A stretch of DNA of 64,000 nt from Paragordius varius (Eukaryota; Animalia; Nematomorpha). The stretch spans positions 4,898,001 to 4,962,000 of the forward strand of contig OZ176050.1 of NCBI GenBank assembly GCA_964247055.1, read 5' to 3'. Within the stretch, counting starts at the first letter, position 1. Each line of letters opens with the position of its first letter. Below the pieces are notes generated by a model, which was not told the origin of the DNA, made no database searches, and worked only from the letters and a program-made list of their open reading frames with translations. Below are positions 1-19,300 of the stretch, piece by piece. Both the position numbers and the translations under genes were made by a program.

Positions 1-401
1 AATTTAAGATATTTTAATATATTGCAACCAATTCAAAATTTAGACGTTAAATTATTACTACGAATTATCACAAACCTTAGAAACTATCATAACATTTAAT
101 AAAATATTTTCTCCTCAATATTTTTGCATTTTGCATTTCATTTTTTATCAATTTCCACAAATATTGGGGCTAGAGAACCTAAGTAGTAATTTTAGAGTTT
201 AAAAGCTGGTTTTGTACCTAATAATACCTCTAAAAATTATTTAAATTTAAAATTTGTCACACCATGCGTATATTATCGTAAAAATTTTACAATTCTACAT
301 ATTTTACTTTTTATTACTACTTGCACAAAATATCGATGGATTTATTAGGTAAAACATCTGCGTAGGTAAAAATATTGTGTTGATACACTTTTATGTTCGT
401 C

Positions 402-1110
402 ATGGATCAGAGCATGGTATCTTTGGACTTTGATATTTTTGAACCATGTGAAGCCGATTTTGATGGATTATATCTGAATTTAACCAAAGTTATTTTTATT
501 TGTAAGTTAGATTTTGAAAAATGATGCTGAAAAATTTTGTAAAACTTTACTGCAACAACGAAATACGTCCTACCTCATTAAAGTATAAAATAAAAATTAA
601 AATAGTCAGCCAATGTGAATGTAAATGATGCCGAAGATAACTTTGTATTTGGTCTAATGTCGTTTATAAAAGATGATCAAGTATAATTTTTTATTATAAT
701 AGTGTTTATCTGCTGATATACTAATTTTAGATTGTTTGTTTAACGATTCTAAAGATTTTGATTGGAAAGCTCACCTGAAGAATTCCTATCTATTTTTAAA
801 TGACAGGATCGTTGATCTTCCTTATCAAATTTTACCTCCATTATATGAAAATATTGCGTTAGATTTTTTTGCGAATGTCAAATTTCGTTATCTATTATGC
901 CTAACAAGGGTAATCATTTATGAGAATGAATCAATTGAATGGGTTTGCCCGGATATGAAATATTTTTTTCAGGTTTTACATAGTTTGGCTACAAATTAAG
1001 CGCTACTAGCTTTAAAATATTTATAAATAACATTTTTTATATTTGATATATATTCTCTAATTACTGGCTATTTAAAAGATAAATATAAATATCACATAAA
1101 TAATACGATT

Positions 1111-1147
<37 letters not shown>

Positions 1148-2075
1148 AAAATTATTATGAGTCAACTGCAGAAATACCCTAATACCTAAATCATGTATCT
1201 AGGTTGAATATATTTTTATGTATGGCCTTCAAAATTTTTTTTAAATAGTCCAATAATGCGGCGATATTTTGCACACTAATTGAAAATTCATTTTATCATC
1301 TTTATTCGAATACCTATATTAGTATCCGCTAAGGATAACCAAAACCGTTTTTGTAGAACCGGAACGATAAATTATAAAAACGATTGCTAAAAATAAATTT
1401 TTTTACTTTTTATGTGAATTTTAATTAATATTTTTTGGATTTTAATATTGTCAGACAAGTTTTTGTGCGGCAAAAAATGGTTTGAATCAAAAATAAAATC
1501 TAAAATAAGAACAATAAACATTTATTAAAAATTTTAATAAGCTAGCATTTTTTTGCAAAAGATATTAACTTTAAACATTTTGCCCTATTCTTTTGGGTTT
1601 TAACTGGTACCAGCAAATTTATAGCGGGTAATTAAATTATAAAATTGATTAAAATTATTATTATGGGAACAAAAAACCTCCAAGATATATGTAAATTAAT
1701 GTGCAAAATAAAATTTCAAAAAAGTTATTTTTTCTCCAGAGTCAAAACTAACTCTCTACAAAAAAATCGAAGTCACAAAATAATTTTTTGAATCTTTTTT
1801 AAAAATCATATTTTTATACGCCATTTACGTATATCCCATAGAAAAGTATTCATCATAAAGATGTAGACAACTCAATACAAACAAACTTACCGACACCTAA
1901 ATTGGACAATAACTCTGATATAAAAGCAAACGCTGAAAATTTGGAAGAAAAATTAGACGACTCCGACAATCCTAATCAAGAGATTAAATATCAAATAGTG
2001 ACACGTATATTTGTCGTACCTCATAAAGATGTTGATTCTTGCATACAACAAATTATACAAGAGTTTAAAGAATAA
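402..2075 (+). CDS. BCCIP: BCCIP/Bcp1 homolog, 5 exons (402-488, 511-582, 606-680, 703-972, 1842-2075), ~245 aa
   Basis: Spliced frame MDQSMVSLDFDIFEPCEADFDGL...NFVFGLMSFI...LFLNDRIVDLPYQILPPLYENI...FRYLLCLTRV...PDMKYFFQ|KSIHHK...TRIFVVPHKDVDSCIQQI resembles BCCIP motifs recalled from the human protein (VNIEFEAY..DYDGI, VFGFISLL, LLLSERFINVPPQIALPMY). GT-AG introns of 22, 23, 22 and 869 nt keep the frame open. Confidence 0.78.
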
Positions 2076-2225
2076 GACTAAAATACTTTTTTGCTTGCAA
2101 TACAAAATTTATTATTGTATATTTATTATTACAGTGTCATCATGAAAAATAATAAACGTATATAATATATCAATTGTTTTACACCAAATCCTATCCCATT
2201 TATTTATCTATGATATGTGGTGTGG

Positions 2226-9963
<7,738 letters not shown>

Positions 9964-10000
9964 GTTTCCAAACGAATGTATAATACTGTTTTACCCACAT
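9964..10000. promoter_or_regulatory. 37-nt spacer between divergent DHX15 and VPS51 start codons (putative bidirectional promoter core)
   Basis: DHX15 ATG at 9963-9961 (minus) and VPS51 ATG at 10001 (plus). Regulatory role is inferred from geometry only. Confidence 0.5.
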
Positions 10001-13000
10001 ATGATGGATCCACAAAATTCGAACGCTTTGGATCTCGATTCAGAATCTTTTTCTACTGAAGCTTTCGTGAAACGATTGATTGGGGAAAAAACGTTGAATG
10101 ATTTAATTGAAAAAGAAAATGAACTGAAAAAGGATATAAGATCATTAGACAATGATATGCAGTCCTTAGTTTACGAAAATTACAATAAATTTATTGGAGC
10201 CACCGAACTAGTTCAAAAATTAAAAGTTGATTTTTCAAAAGTTAATGATATGCTCCTTTCTGTTTCAAACAAGGTGAACAAAATTGAAGACGCGCATAAA
10301 AATGTATTGAATATCATTAAGCCCAAACATGATAAAATAAGGGAATTGAGAGAAACAAACGAAGCCCTCAATAAAATGCAATATTTATTCGATTTACCAT
10401 CACATTTAGAAGGATTAGTTCAGGAAAAATGCTATAACAAAGCACTCAACGAATACAATGATGCTTCAAAATTATTAATCCGCCATGAAAATTTGGATAC
10501 CTTTAAAGATATCAATCTGAAATGTTACAAAATTTTCTACGATTTATACAAATATTTGAAAAATGAATTGCGAACATTACCATTTGATAGCCCCTTAAAC
10601 GAATTTTATGATCTTTTTGAATTTTTGGATAAGATTGAATCACACGAAAATTTATTCCAACAAATAAAATTATTTCATCAGCACGATACTTTAGATCCGT
10701 TGAAAAAGATTTACTTGGAAATTATGTTAAATAGGTGTCTTCAACAATGTCAATCCATTCATTTGCTTGATAAACTTGACCCCAAAATTACGACAAGCCT
10801 GGATTACACCAAATTTGCCGATGATATTTGCACGAATTTCATGAAAAATTTTTCATCATACATTGTGTATTACAATATACTCTTTGGTATACATGAATCC
10901 AAAATAGCCAATACCAATACTCAATCCACAAATAGTCTTATAGATGTAGCCATCAAAGTTACCCGATATCTTTTGACTAACGTTATTGTCCCATTTTATT
11001 CATCGGCTATTGGCTTTGACCCTAAGAATGAACCATTGTTTGCCGCCTCGCTAGATACCATATATAAACGATTCAAGAATATAGATGTTAGTATTGAGAC
11101 ATGTCCTGGTTTACAGCAAACTGCCTTATCATCGTCTTCTCCTACACCTACGCACACTGTTAAATATAAAGATCAAAAAACGGTAAAGAATACCGCAATG
11201 ACGGATGTACTATCGAAAATTTTCATGAGAGAAGGTCTTGTACCTATCTTAAACACGCATTTGAATCAGTACGTTCTCCAAGTTTGTCAATCACTAACTA
11301 CCCTAGTCAGTGATTATAACCAAAAATTGGCAAAAATAACCATTAGCCGACTCAGAGAGGAACCCTTTGTATTACGTGAAATGGTTAAAGCTTTTAATTT
11401 AACCCTAAACGATAAAATAAAGGGCGTAATTAAAAAACTTACCTGTTACAGCCCGACGACTGATATAAGTTTTGCAAATGAACGCATGTTTGTTGAAAAC
11501 TTTTTAAAAAGTTACGTTTTTGGACTCTTTCTATTTCCCATCTTTAAACATTTTTTGGGTGAGTTAAGGCAATTTTTCGCCAGCAAAGTCCCTTTAAGTA
11601 ATGCCAAATCACCATCTCCAATTCATATCCTTTCCAGCTCACTTTTCAATCAACATATATTTTCAGATGGTTTAAACAATGTTGTTCATCAATCAACACC
11701 GTTAGCGCTATTGTTTTTCGGCAAAATTGCGCTTGAGTTTTATTTAAATGGATACGATGATAACATAACTAACGCTTATGATTCTTTCAAATGTGTTCCT
11801 AGACCAATATCCACAATTTTCATGAAATCCCCGTCACCATTCAAGGGCGCTGAAACTAATATTGAACTAAATTCTTTATCAACACCACCGGACAACCTGA
11901 CCCCATCTGGTAGGATAGTTGAAAAAGATTGTTACCTAGAAACGGCCAACATACTCATTACATATTATGTAAGAGTTAGGGCTCTTGAAGTCTTAACCAT
12001 GTATGATAAAAGTACGGCATCTATTGACTGGCTCGCTTTGCCAGAGGCCAGACATGTCCGTTCCTCAATCAAACAACTTGTGAAAGATTTGGAAGTCAGT
12101 GAACTACAAGTTGTACAGCTGTATCCAGAAAATTGTAACTTAATTAATGTTGGGAGTGATGAGATTAGTCATCATAGCCAAAATAGTTTTTCGAAACATA
12201 ACAGTGGTGCTGGTGGTCCTCATAATCACATTAAATTTACATCAAATTCATCAAGCTTGGCTGGTGGTGGAACTAACATAGGTGGCGCTGGGGGATTATT
12301 TGAATCATTAGGCAGTTTAGGAGGTATAATAAGCAAATAAAATTTAAGACATATGTAATTTTTAAATTAATTTAAAATACGATCGCATCATACTTTTTTA
12401 GGGTAATCAGTTAGGCTCAGTGTCGGCGTCAAATTAATTAATTTAACCCATTTAATTTATCGTTTTAATGGAAATTTTTTAATGCTGATATTCGAATGAA
12501 ACTTTAATTAGATAATCACATATGCTATTCGGAAAGTACTACGTGACAATTTTGGAGACTTGTGTTTTTAGAAAAGGGGAAATAATTTATTAGTTGGGAT
12601 TACAGCGTTTAATTTTAAAAAACCCCATTAGTCGCTCCGCTAATAATGATTATTAATAGACACATTATTTCATTACATTATCGGGAAATAACTTGCAACG
12701 ACAAAAGTTTATATGTTTAATTAACAGATTATGATATTTATTTATTACTTATTTGCTCTTTTTAGGAGGCCCATCATCGTCCGTTTTTGATCGGTCAACC
12801 AATTTACTTCAAGCCAAAATTTCTAAGATATTTTCCGAAAAAGTTGTCATATATGAACCGGTTACATTCAATAAGCTATCTATAATGACGGGAATCACAA
12901 AAATATGTCTTAAATCTATGATGGAAAATATTAGGTAAGCTTTTTGGTATATGCGGTCAAAATATTTATTATTAGTACATTATACCCAAAAAAAGTTAGC

Positions 13001-13266
13001 CCTTTTTAATATCAAAGGCATATTTATTGTCTTTATTCATGTATGTTTTCAGATGCGTAACAATTAACAAAAATGCATTTCAACAAATCCAAATTGATAC
13101 ATACTACCTACAATTGTACCTTTGGCGATACTTTAGTAATGAGAAGATATTACAAACCCTTTTGGATGAAATCATATCGAGTGCAATAGTGCGTTGCCTT
13201 AATCCGGCATCTATGGATCAAAATGTCATTGAATTAATTTGCGAAAAAAGTGAACAACCCTATTAA
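10001..13266 (+). CDS. VPS51: GARP/EARP complex subunit VPS51 (fat-free/Ang2), 3 exons (10001-12323, 12766-12934, 13053-13266)
   Basis: N-terminal LDLDSESF...LDNDMQSLVYENYNKFIGAT (Vps51 domain), YLFDLPSHL, and C-terminal FQQIQIDTYYLQLYLWRYFSNEKILQTLLDEIISSAIVRCLNPASMDQNVIELICE. Introns are 442 and 118 nt. The start is placed at MMDPQ (10001); an in-frame ATG at 9962 also exists. Confidence 0.9.
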
Positions 13267-13309
13267 ATTAATCTGATTATGTAATTAATATTTTTATACT
13301 AAATATGAC

Positions 13310-13321
13310 AATAAATTTATT
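13310..13321. terminator. Palindromic AATAAATTTATT: candidate bidirectional poly(A) signal between convergent VPS51 and CHMP7
   Basis: AATAAA at 13310-13315 on plus is directly abutted by its reverse complement at 13316-13321, inside a 129-nt inter-stop gap. AT-rich context makes a chance match possible. Confidence 0.45.
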
Positions 13322-13395
13322 ATTTATTTATATACTCCAAAGAAAATATATTAATAGCAGCATTGCAACTTTTGTTGATAAGAAAGAAATAATTT

Positions 13396-16300
13396 TTAAG
13401 CATGAGCAAGTTTTTTAGATTTTGTAATATTTTCTTCACTACTTTTCGGTTCTTCGCTCGGAATATCCGGCAACATATCTAAACAATATATCATAAAAAA
13501 TATATTATAATTAAATACACATAGCTAGTTTTTCATTAGTTATTGACACCAGAGCACATATATCAAAAAGAAAAATTATTGGATTAATATTTTGTTCGAT
13601 TTTTCAAGTTATTGACCAATTAATGATGCTGTTTGCTATAGGTATATATATTATTTGGCAATATCAAACACTAGCAATGTATGGGTACTTATAGGGTTGT
13701 GATTTTGACCCCCTTTTTTCGAAAAAGGGGGTCAGACCTAGGTCTGACCTAGGTCATACCATATGTTATTGCCAATAATAAATAACTACATACATAAATA
13801 CTTGATTAAATCACATAAAAAAGGTTTTTACATAAAGTGTATATTTTTTTAAAATTATACTTTCACCAATCCTGATAATTTAAATATCTACAATTAACGA
13901 TCTTTCCTGGAATCATACATAAAGACTTAGAGAAAGTTTCAAATCACAGAAAGCTAAGACTAATGAAAAAATATGCATTTATTTTAGCCTATTTATGCTC
14001 TAATTATTTAGATTGTGTAACAACGAGTCACTGTCCATAAACTTAACGTTAACTTAGGATGGTTCAAAGTTTTTTTTATACTTGAAATTTATACGATTTA
14101 TTAGAATATATAATCGTGCTCACTACATTTAAAATTTCAGTAATCTTATTAAGATTAATATATTCTTAGATCAAATTATATATTATATGACATTGGCATA
14201 CATGTCATATTATATTAGGATATTCTTTATTAATTAAATTTTCAGCAGCCTTCATGTTCGCTGTATTATCGGTCACAATGGCATTAATTATTAAAATTTC
14301 CAATATCTTTTATAATTGGTTCCATTATGTTATAGATATATTCGGCAGTCTTACTATGATAAGATGCGTCAATAGTTAATAAAAATGATTTTTGGGATCC
14401 TTGGCCAATAATATTAATTATTTGCTTCCTACGAATATTGGTAAAAGGATCGACGATTAATAAAATATTATTTTTACATATTCCAATAACTATTTTTTTA
14501 TCTTCATAATATGAATCTAATAATTTATTGGAAATCTGTTTTCTATTTGGAATAGCATAATTAGGTTTAAACTATGAATGAAACTCCGAAAAATGTTTAT
14601 TTTCAACTATGTTTATTGAGGATGTATAAATAAATTTTGCTAAATGTTTCTGACTAATTTCTCTTGAAAACAGAAATTTTTAAAAACTTAAGAAATTAAA
14701 TAATTAGCTTGCTTTTCGACCATCACCTTCTATCATAAATTTTTTTCATGAACTTCATTTAAATGTTTCTTCATTCGGTTTTTATTTAATATATATTATA
14801 GTGTAATTACATTTCTTGCATGTAACTTGATTTTTTTGATCGAAAAATTTCCACAAGGCTGATTTGATTATGATTTAGGGAGTAAAGAAAAAATTTGTAT
14901 CATTAATAAAAAAAAATAATACATATATAAATAATATAAAGTTTTGTTTTCCTAAAAATTGTAAAATTAAAAAAATAAAAAATTAAAAAAAATAAAAAAA
15001 TTGACCTAGGTCATTTTTTTTCGTGGTCATGACCATGGTCATTGACTAATGGGCACAACCCTAGGTACTTATACACTAATAAAGTAAGTTTGTATAATTT
15101 GAATAAAAAATTCTTAAAATTACTTACTATTCAAAAGGTTATCATCTAACAATAATGCTTGATATGCCTTATTTATATCATCTATTCGGGGTGTTGCAGA
15201 TTTTATTTTACCGCTTCCCACCATTACAGGGGTAGTTAAAGTTGGTAGGGTTGGGTATAAATTTGATACTTTTTGATGTTCTTTGACAGAGTCTGGTGTT
15301 TCAACTTTATTATTCTTTAAAGTCGATGGTTGTTGTATTAGTGGGGTTTGACCTTCAACCTGTTTTTGTTGTTCTTTGAGTAGCGTTTCAAGTTCATTTT
15401 CTATATCTAACATTTCATCTGAACTAAGACCCATACTAGGTATCGCGGTGTAAGATGTATCTTGCTGTCGACCGCTCAATACATTATCAATCTCTTTTTG
15501 AATGTCAAATACCTATATTACAAAATTAAATGTAAAAATATATAATTCTTCACATTTTATATTCACTTTATAACATTGTAACTTCACTCTTAAAGACTGA
15601 AAAAATCTACAAATTTTATTATAAACAATTATTAAGTGTATCAAGAATGGTTTCATGTTCAAAAAACATTTAAGTTGATAGAAACAATTACTTTAGTTTT
15701 GATGTTTGAGAGTGAACTTGAATGTTTAAGAGGGGATAAAAAATAGAACATAAAATGTAACACATTGTTGCAAATACCTCTTGCATTTCATCCATTGTGG
15801 CATCGAGATCTTCAGTGCTAAGATTAGCTCTTTCAACGGCATTTTTATAAGCGCTTACACCAGATTTGTAGGCATTATAAATCTAAGTGTAAAAATGTTT
15901 TAAGTTATAAGATCATCACATATATTTAATTGATAGAATAAAAAAAGAAAATTATACTACCAATTTATTAGAATGCAAAGATGTTATTTGATCCATGAGA
16001 TTTCGAATATTGTCTTGGGATATTTCTTTATTCCGTAATTGTTTTTCAAACGTTAATTTGCGTTTAAGGTACAATTTGGCCTTATTTATATCACGTTGTC
16101 GCAAATATTCACGGGCATTTATTAATGATCTGAGGTTATTATTGACGTATATATATATATATATAATATAATTTTTAAAGATTCTAATGTAAATTAATGT
16201 TTTATAATTATATATGGAATCAATCAGCAAAAATTATATAATTATATAATATTTCGATTACTACAAGTAATCTTTGTCAAACGTAAAAATAAAATTAAAA

Positions 16301-19300
16301 TATAAACTAAAATTTAAATTATAAAGTAAAAATATTTAATGAAACTAAAAAAACATGTGTGTATTGTTAATAAGAAAAAAATTTGTAATATTATTAATAT
16401 TGTTAAGGTCTTTCTTTCTATTCATTATATTCCCTTCTTTGTTAATATAAAAACTTTCTTTCAATATTCTTTTTGTTTTATTTTCTTCTATATCGACAAC
16501 TTCGGCATTCCAGTCTATTTTATGTTTACATTTAAAGGCATGATATGCCAAAGCCGAATCATTAGTTTTATTCTTGCTAACTGCCGTTTTATGTTCTTTT
16601 ATCCTAACATCTAATCCTCTTTTTGTTTGACCAATGTATACACTGTCGCAATCTTGACATTTAATTTTATATATTATACACTGAGAATTAGGATTCTTTT
16701 TCTGTGAATTTAATAATTTATAGATATTATTTAATGGTTTAAATATTATTGTGTATTTCTCTTTAAGTATTTCTTTGATTTTGTAACTTACGGATTCATA
16801 GAATGGTATTATAATTTTCTTTTTATTATCGTTGTAAATTTTTTTAGGTTTTGAGTTTAAAATTTTGTTGATGGCGTTAGTGATTAAATTTTGTGGGTAA
16901 TTATGTTCTAATAATTTTTTTACTATTTCAGATGTTTGCGAGGTTCTTTTCTCTATACTATTAGGAATTAGTAATGTTCGACGTAGTAAGCTATGCACAA
17001 GGGAGTTAAAACAATTATCCGGGTGGTGAGAATTATAGTTTATTATACTTATATCTGATTTGTAATGTACTTCAGTGGATATTTTGTTATTGTTTTTTTC
17101 TATCAATACATCCAAAAATGTAATTTTATTGTTATTTTCTTTTTCTAAAGTAAACCTCAATGGACTTGTGCAATTAAATGTTTTTAGTAGTTGTTTAATA
17201 TTATTTTCGCTATCAATGCATATTATATCATCTACGTATCTGTAGTAAAAGTAAGGTTCTTTTTGTTTTTGTAAAACTTTGGATTCAACATATCGAACTG
17301 TAATTTCCGCAATTACACTTGAAAAGGGGGATCCCATAGGTACTCCGATTTTTTGATGATATATTGTGTCATTAAATTTAACATATGAATTTGAAATAGC
17401 CAAGTTAATTAAATTGTTTAAAACGTTTATGTTGACGTTCAATTTATCAAAATGTGCAAGATTTTTTTCAATAAATTGTTTCAAAGCTTTTTTTGCAATT
17501 TTTATTGGGATTGATGTATATAAGGATACGATGTCTAAACTACATATAATCTTATCTGTGGTATTTATATCTATTAATTTTTCAGTTAAATCATAACAGT
17601 TTTTTATATTATATTTATAATGTTCTAGTAATGGTGAAAATAATTGGGTTAAATATTTACATATTTTGAAAGTAGGTGAACTCCTAAAATTTGTTATAGG
17701 TCTTAAAGGTATATTTTCTTTATGTAATTTAGGTTGGCCATGAAAAGTAGGACATTTTGAATCTTTAGGTTTACAGAGGTTATATGTTGTGTTGTTTATT
17801 TGTTTACGAATTAAGAATCTTTTTAATTTTTTGTTGATACACTTTTCAATTTTTTCTATTGGGTTATATTTTATTATTTCATATGTTTTTTTGTCCGTTA
17901 GTACTTTCAATGCTTTATCATTATAATCATTTTTGTACATAATAACCAATTGATTCGTTTTGTCTGCTTTCAGATACATTATTTCTTCTTTTACTTTAAG
18001 TGATTTTAAAATGCTATTGATTTTTAATGTGTTATTATTTTTGGAGTATGTATTTAGTTCATTATATATTTTAAACCTGAGATCCTTTTCTTCTTGAGGT
18101 AAATTTGATTCGATAATAGTTGTTAAAGACTTTAGTGGGATATTAGTTTTTGGAATAAACTTCAATCCATTATTTAGAAATTTGATTTGTTCAGATGTAA
18201 ATTTAATATCGGTGAGATTTATAAAATTAGGTTCAACCTCTTTATAATTTAAGTTTTTTAATTTTTTCATGTGTTTTTTGGATAATTTCTCTGTTATATA
18301 TTTAACTTTGTTATCATGCATCTTTTGAATTTGGCTGTATTTATTTAGAGGTAAATTATTTAACCATTTTTCCAAGCTCTCCAATTTTTTCTTACAATAT
18401 TCAATATTTCTGTAGCAGTTCTTAATTCTTTCTTTTATTAATTTTTTACATATATTTTCCTTCATTTTGTTGGTATTGTTGTTATTAATGGAGAATTTCG
18501 GAATCAAAGATTTGGGATTTAAATTGTTTTCTAAGCAGGTTTTATTGAATATAAGATGGGAATTATATCGAATATTTTTATCAATAAGTTTTAAATAAAA
18601 TTGTAAATTATGATCATCAAAAGAATTTTTTGCAAATAAACGTTTCATTATTGGATATTGTTTACGCTGAAGTGTGATAGTATAATTATATATGGAATCA
18701 ATCAGCAAAAATTATATAATTTATTATAATATAATATTTCGATTACTACAAGTAATCTTTGTCAAACGTAAAAATAAAATTAAAATATAAACTAAAATTT
18801 AAATTATAAAGTAAAAATATTTAATGAAACTAAAAAAACATGTGTGTATTGTTATCAAAACCTAAAAAAATTTACAACGATAATAACAAAAAGAAAATTA
18901 TAATACCATTCTATGAATCCGTAAGTTACAAAATCAAAGAAATACTTAAAGAGAAATACACAATAATATTTAAACCATTAAATAATATCTATAAATTATT
19001 AAATTCACAGAAAAAGAATCCTAATTCTCAGTGTATAATATATAAAATTAAATGTCAAGATTGCGACAGTGTATACATTGGTCAAACAAAAAGAGGATTA
19101 GATGTTAGGATAAAAGAACATAAAACGGCAGTTAGCAAGAATAAAACTAATGATTTGGCTTTAGCATATCATGCCTTTAAATGTAAACATAAAATAGACT
19201 GGAATGCCGAAGTTGTCGATATAGAAGAAAATAAAACAAAAAGAATATTGAAAGAAAGTTTTTATATTAACAAAGAAGGGAATATAATGAATAGAAAGAA

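Noticed and set aside
1-403. Possible minus-strand gene starting at the CATG shared with BCCIP (ATG 403-401), which would be a fifth head-to-head pair
   Set aside because: I could not find a GT-AG combination giving an open frame, and there is no recognisable protein similarity.
10001-12323. 2.3-kb intronless first exon of VPS51 as evidence of retrocopy origin
   Set aside because: The gene retains two 3' introns and sits in a normal divergent/convergent context. Large exons alone do not indicate retroposition.
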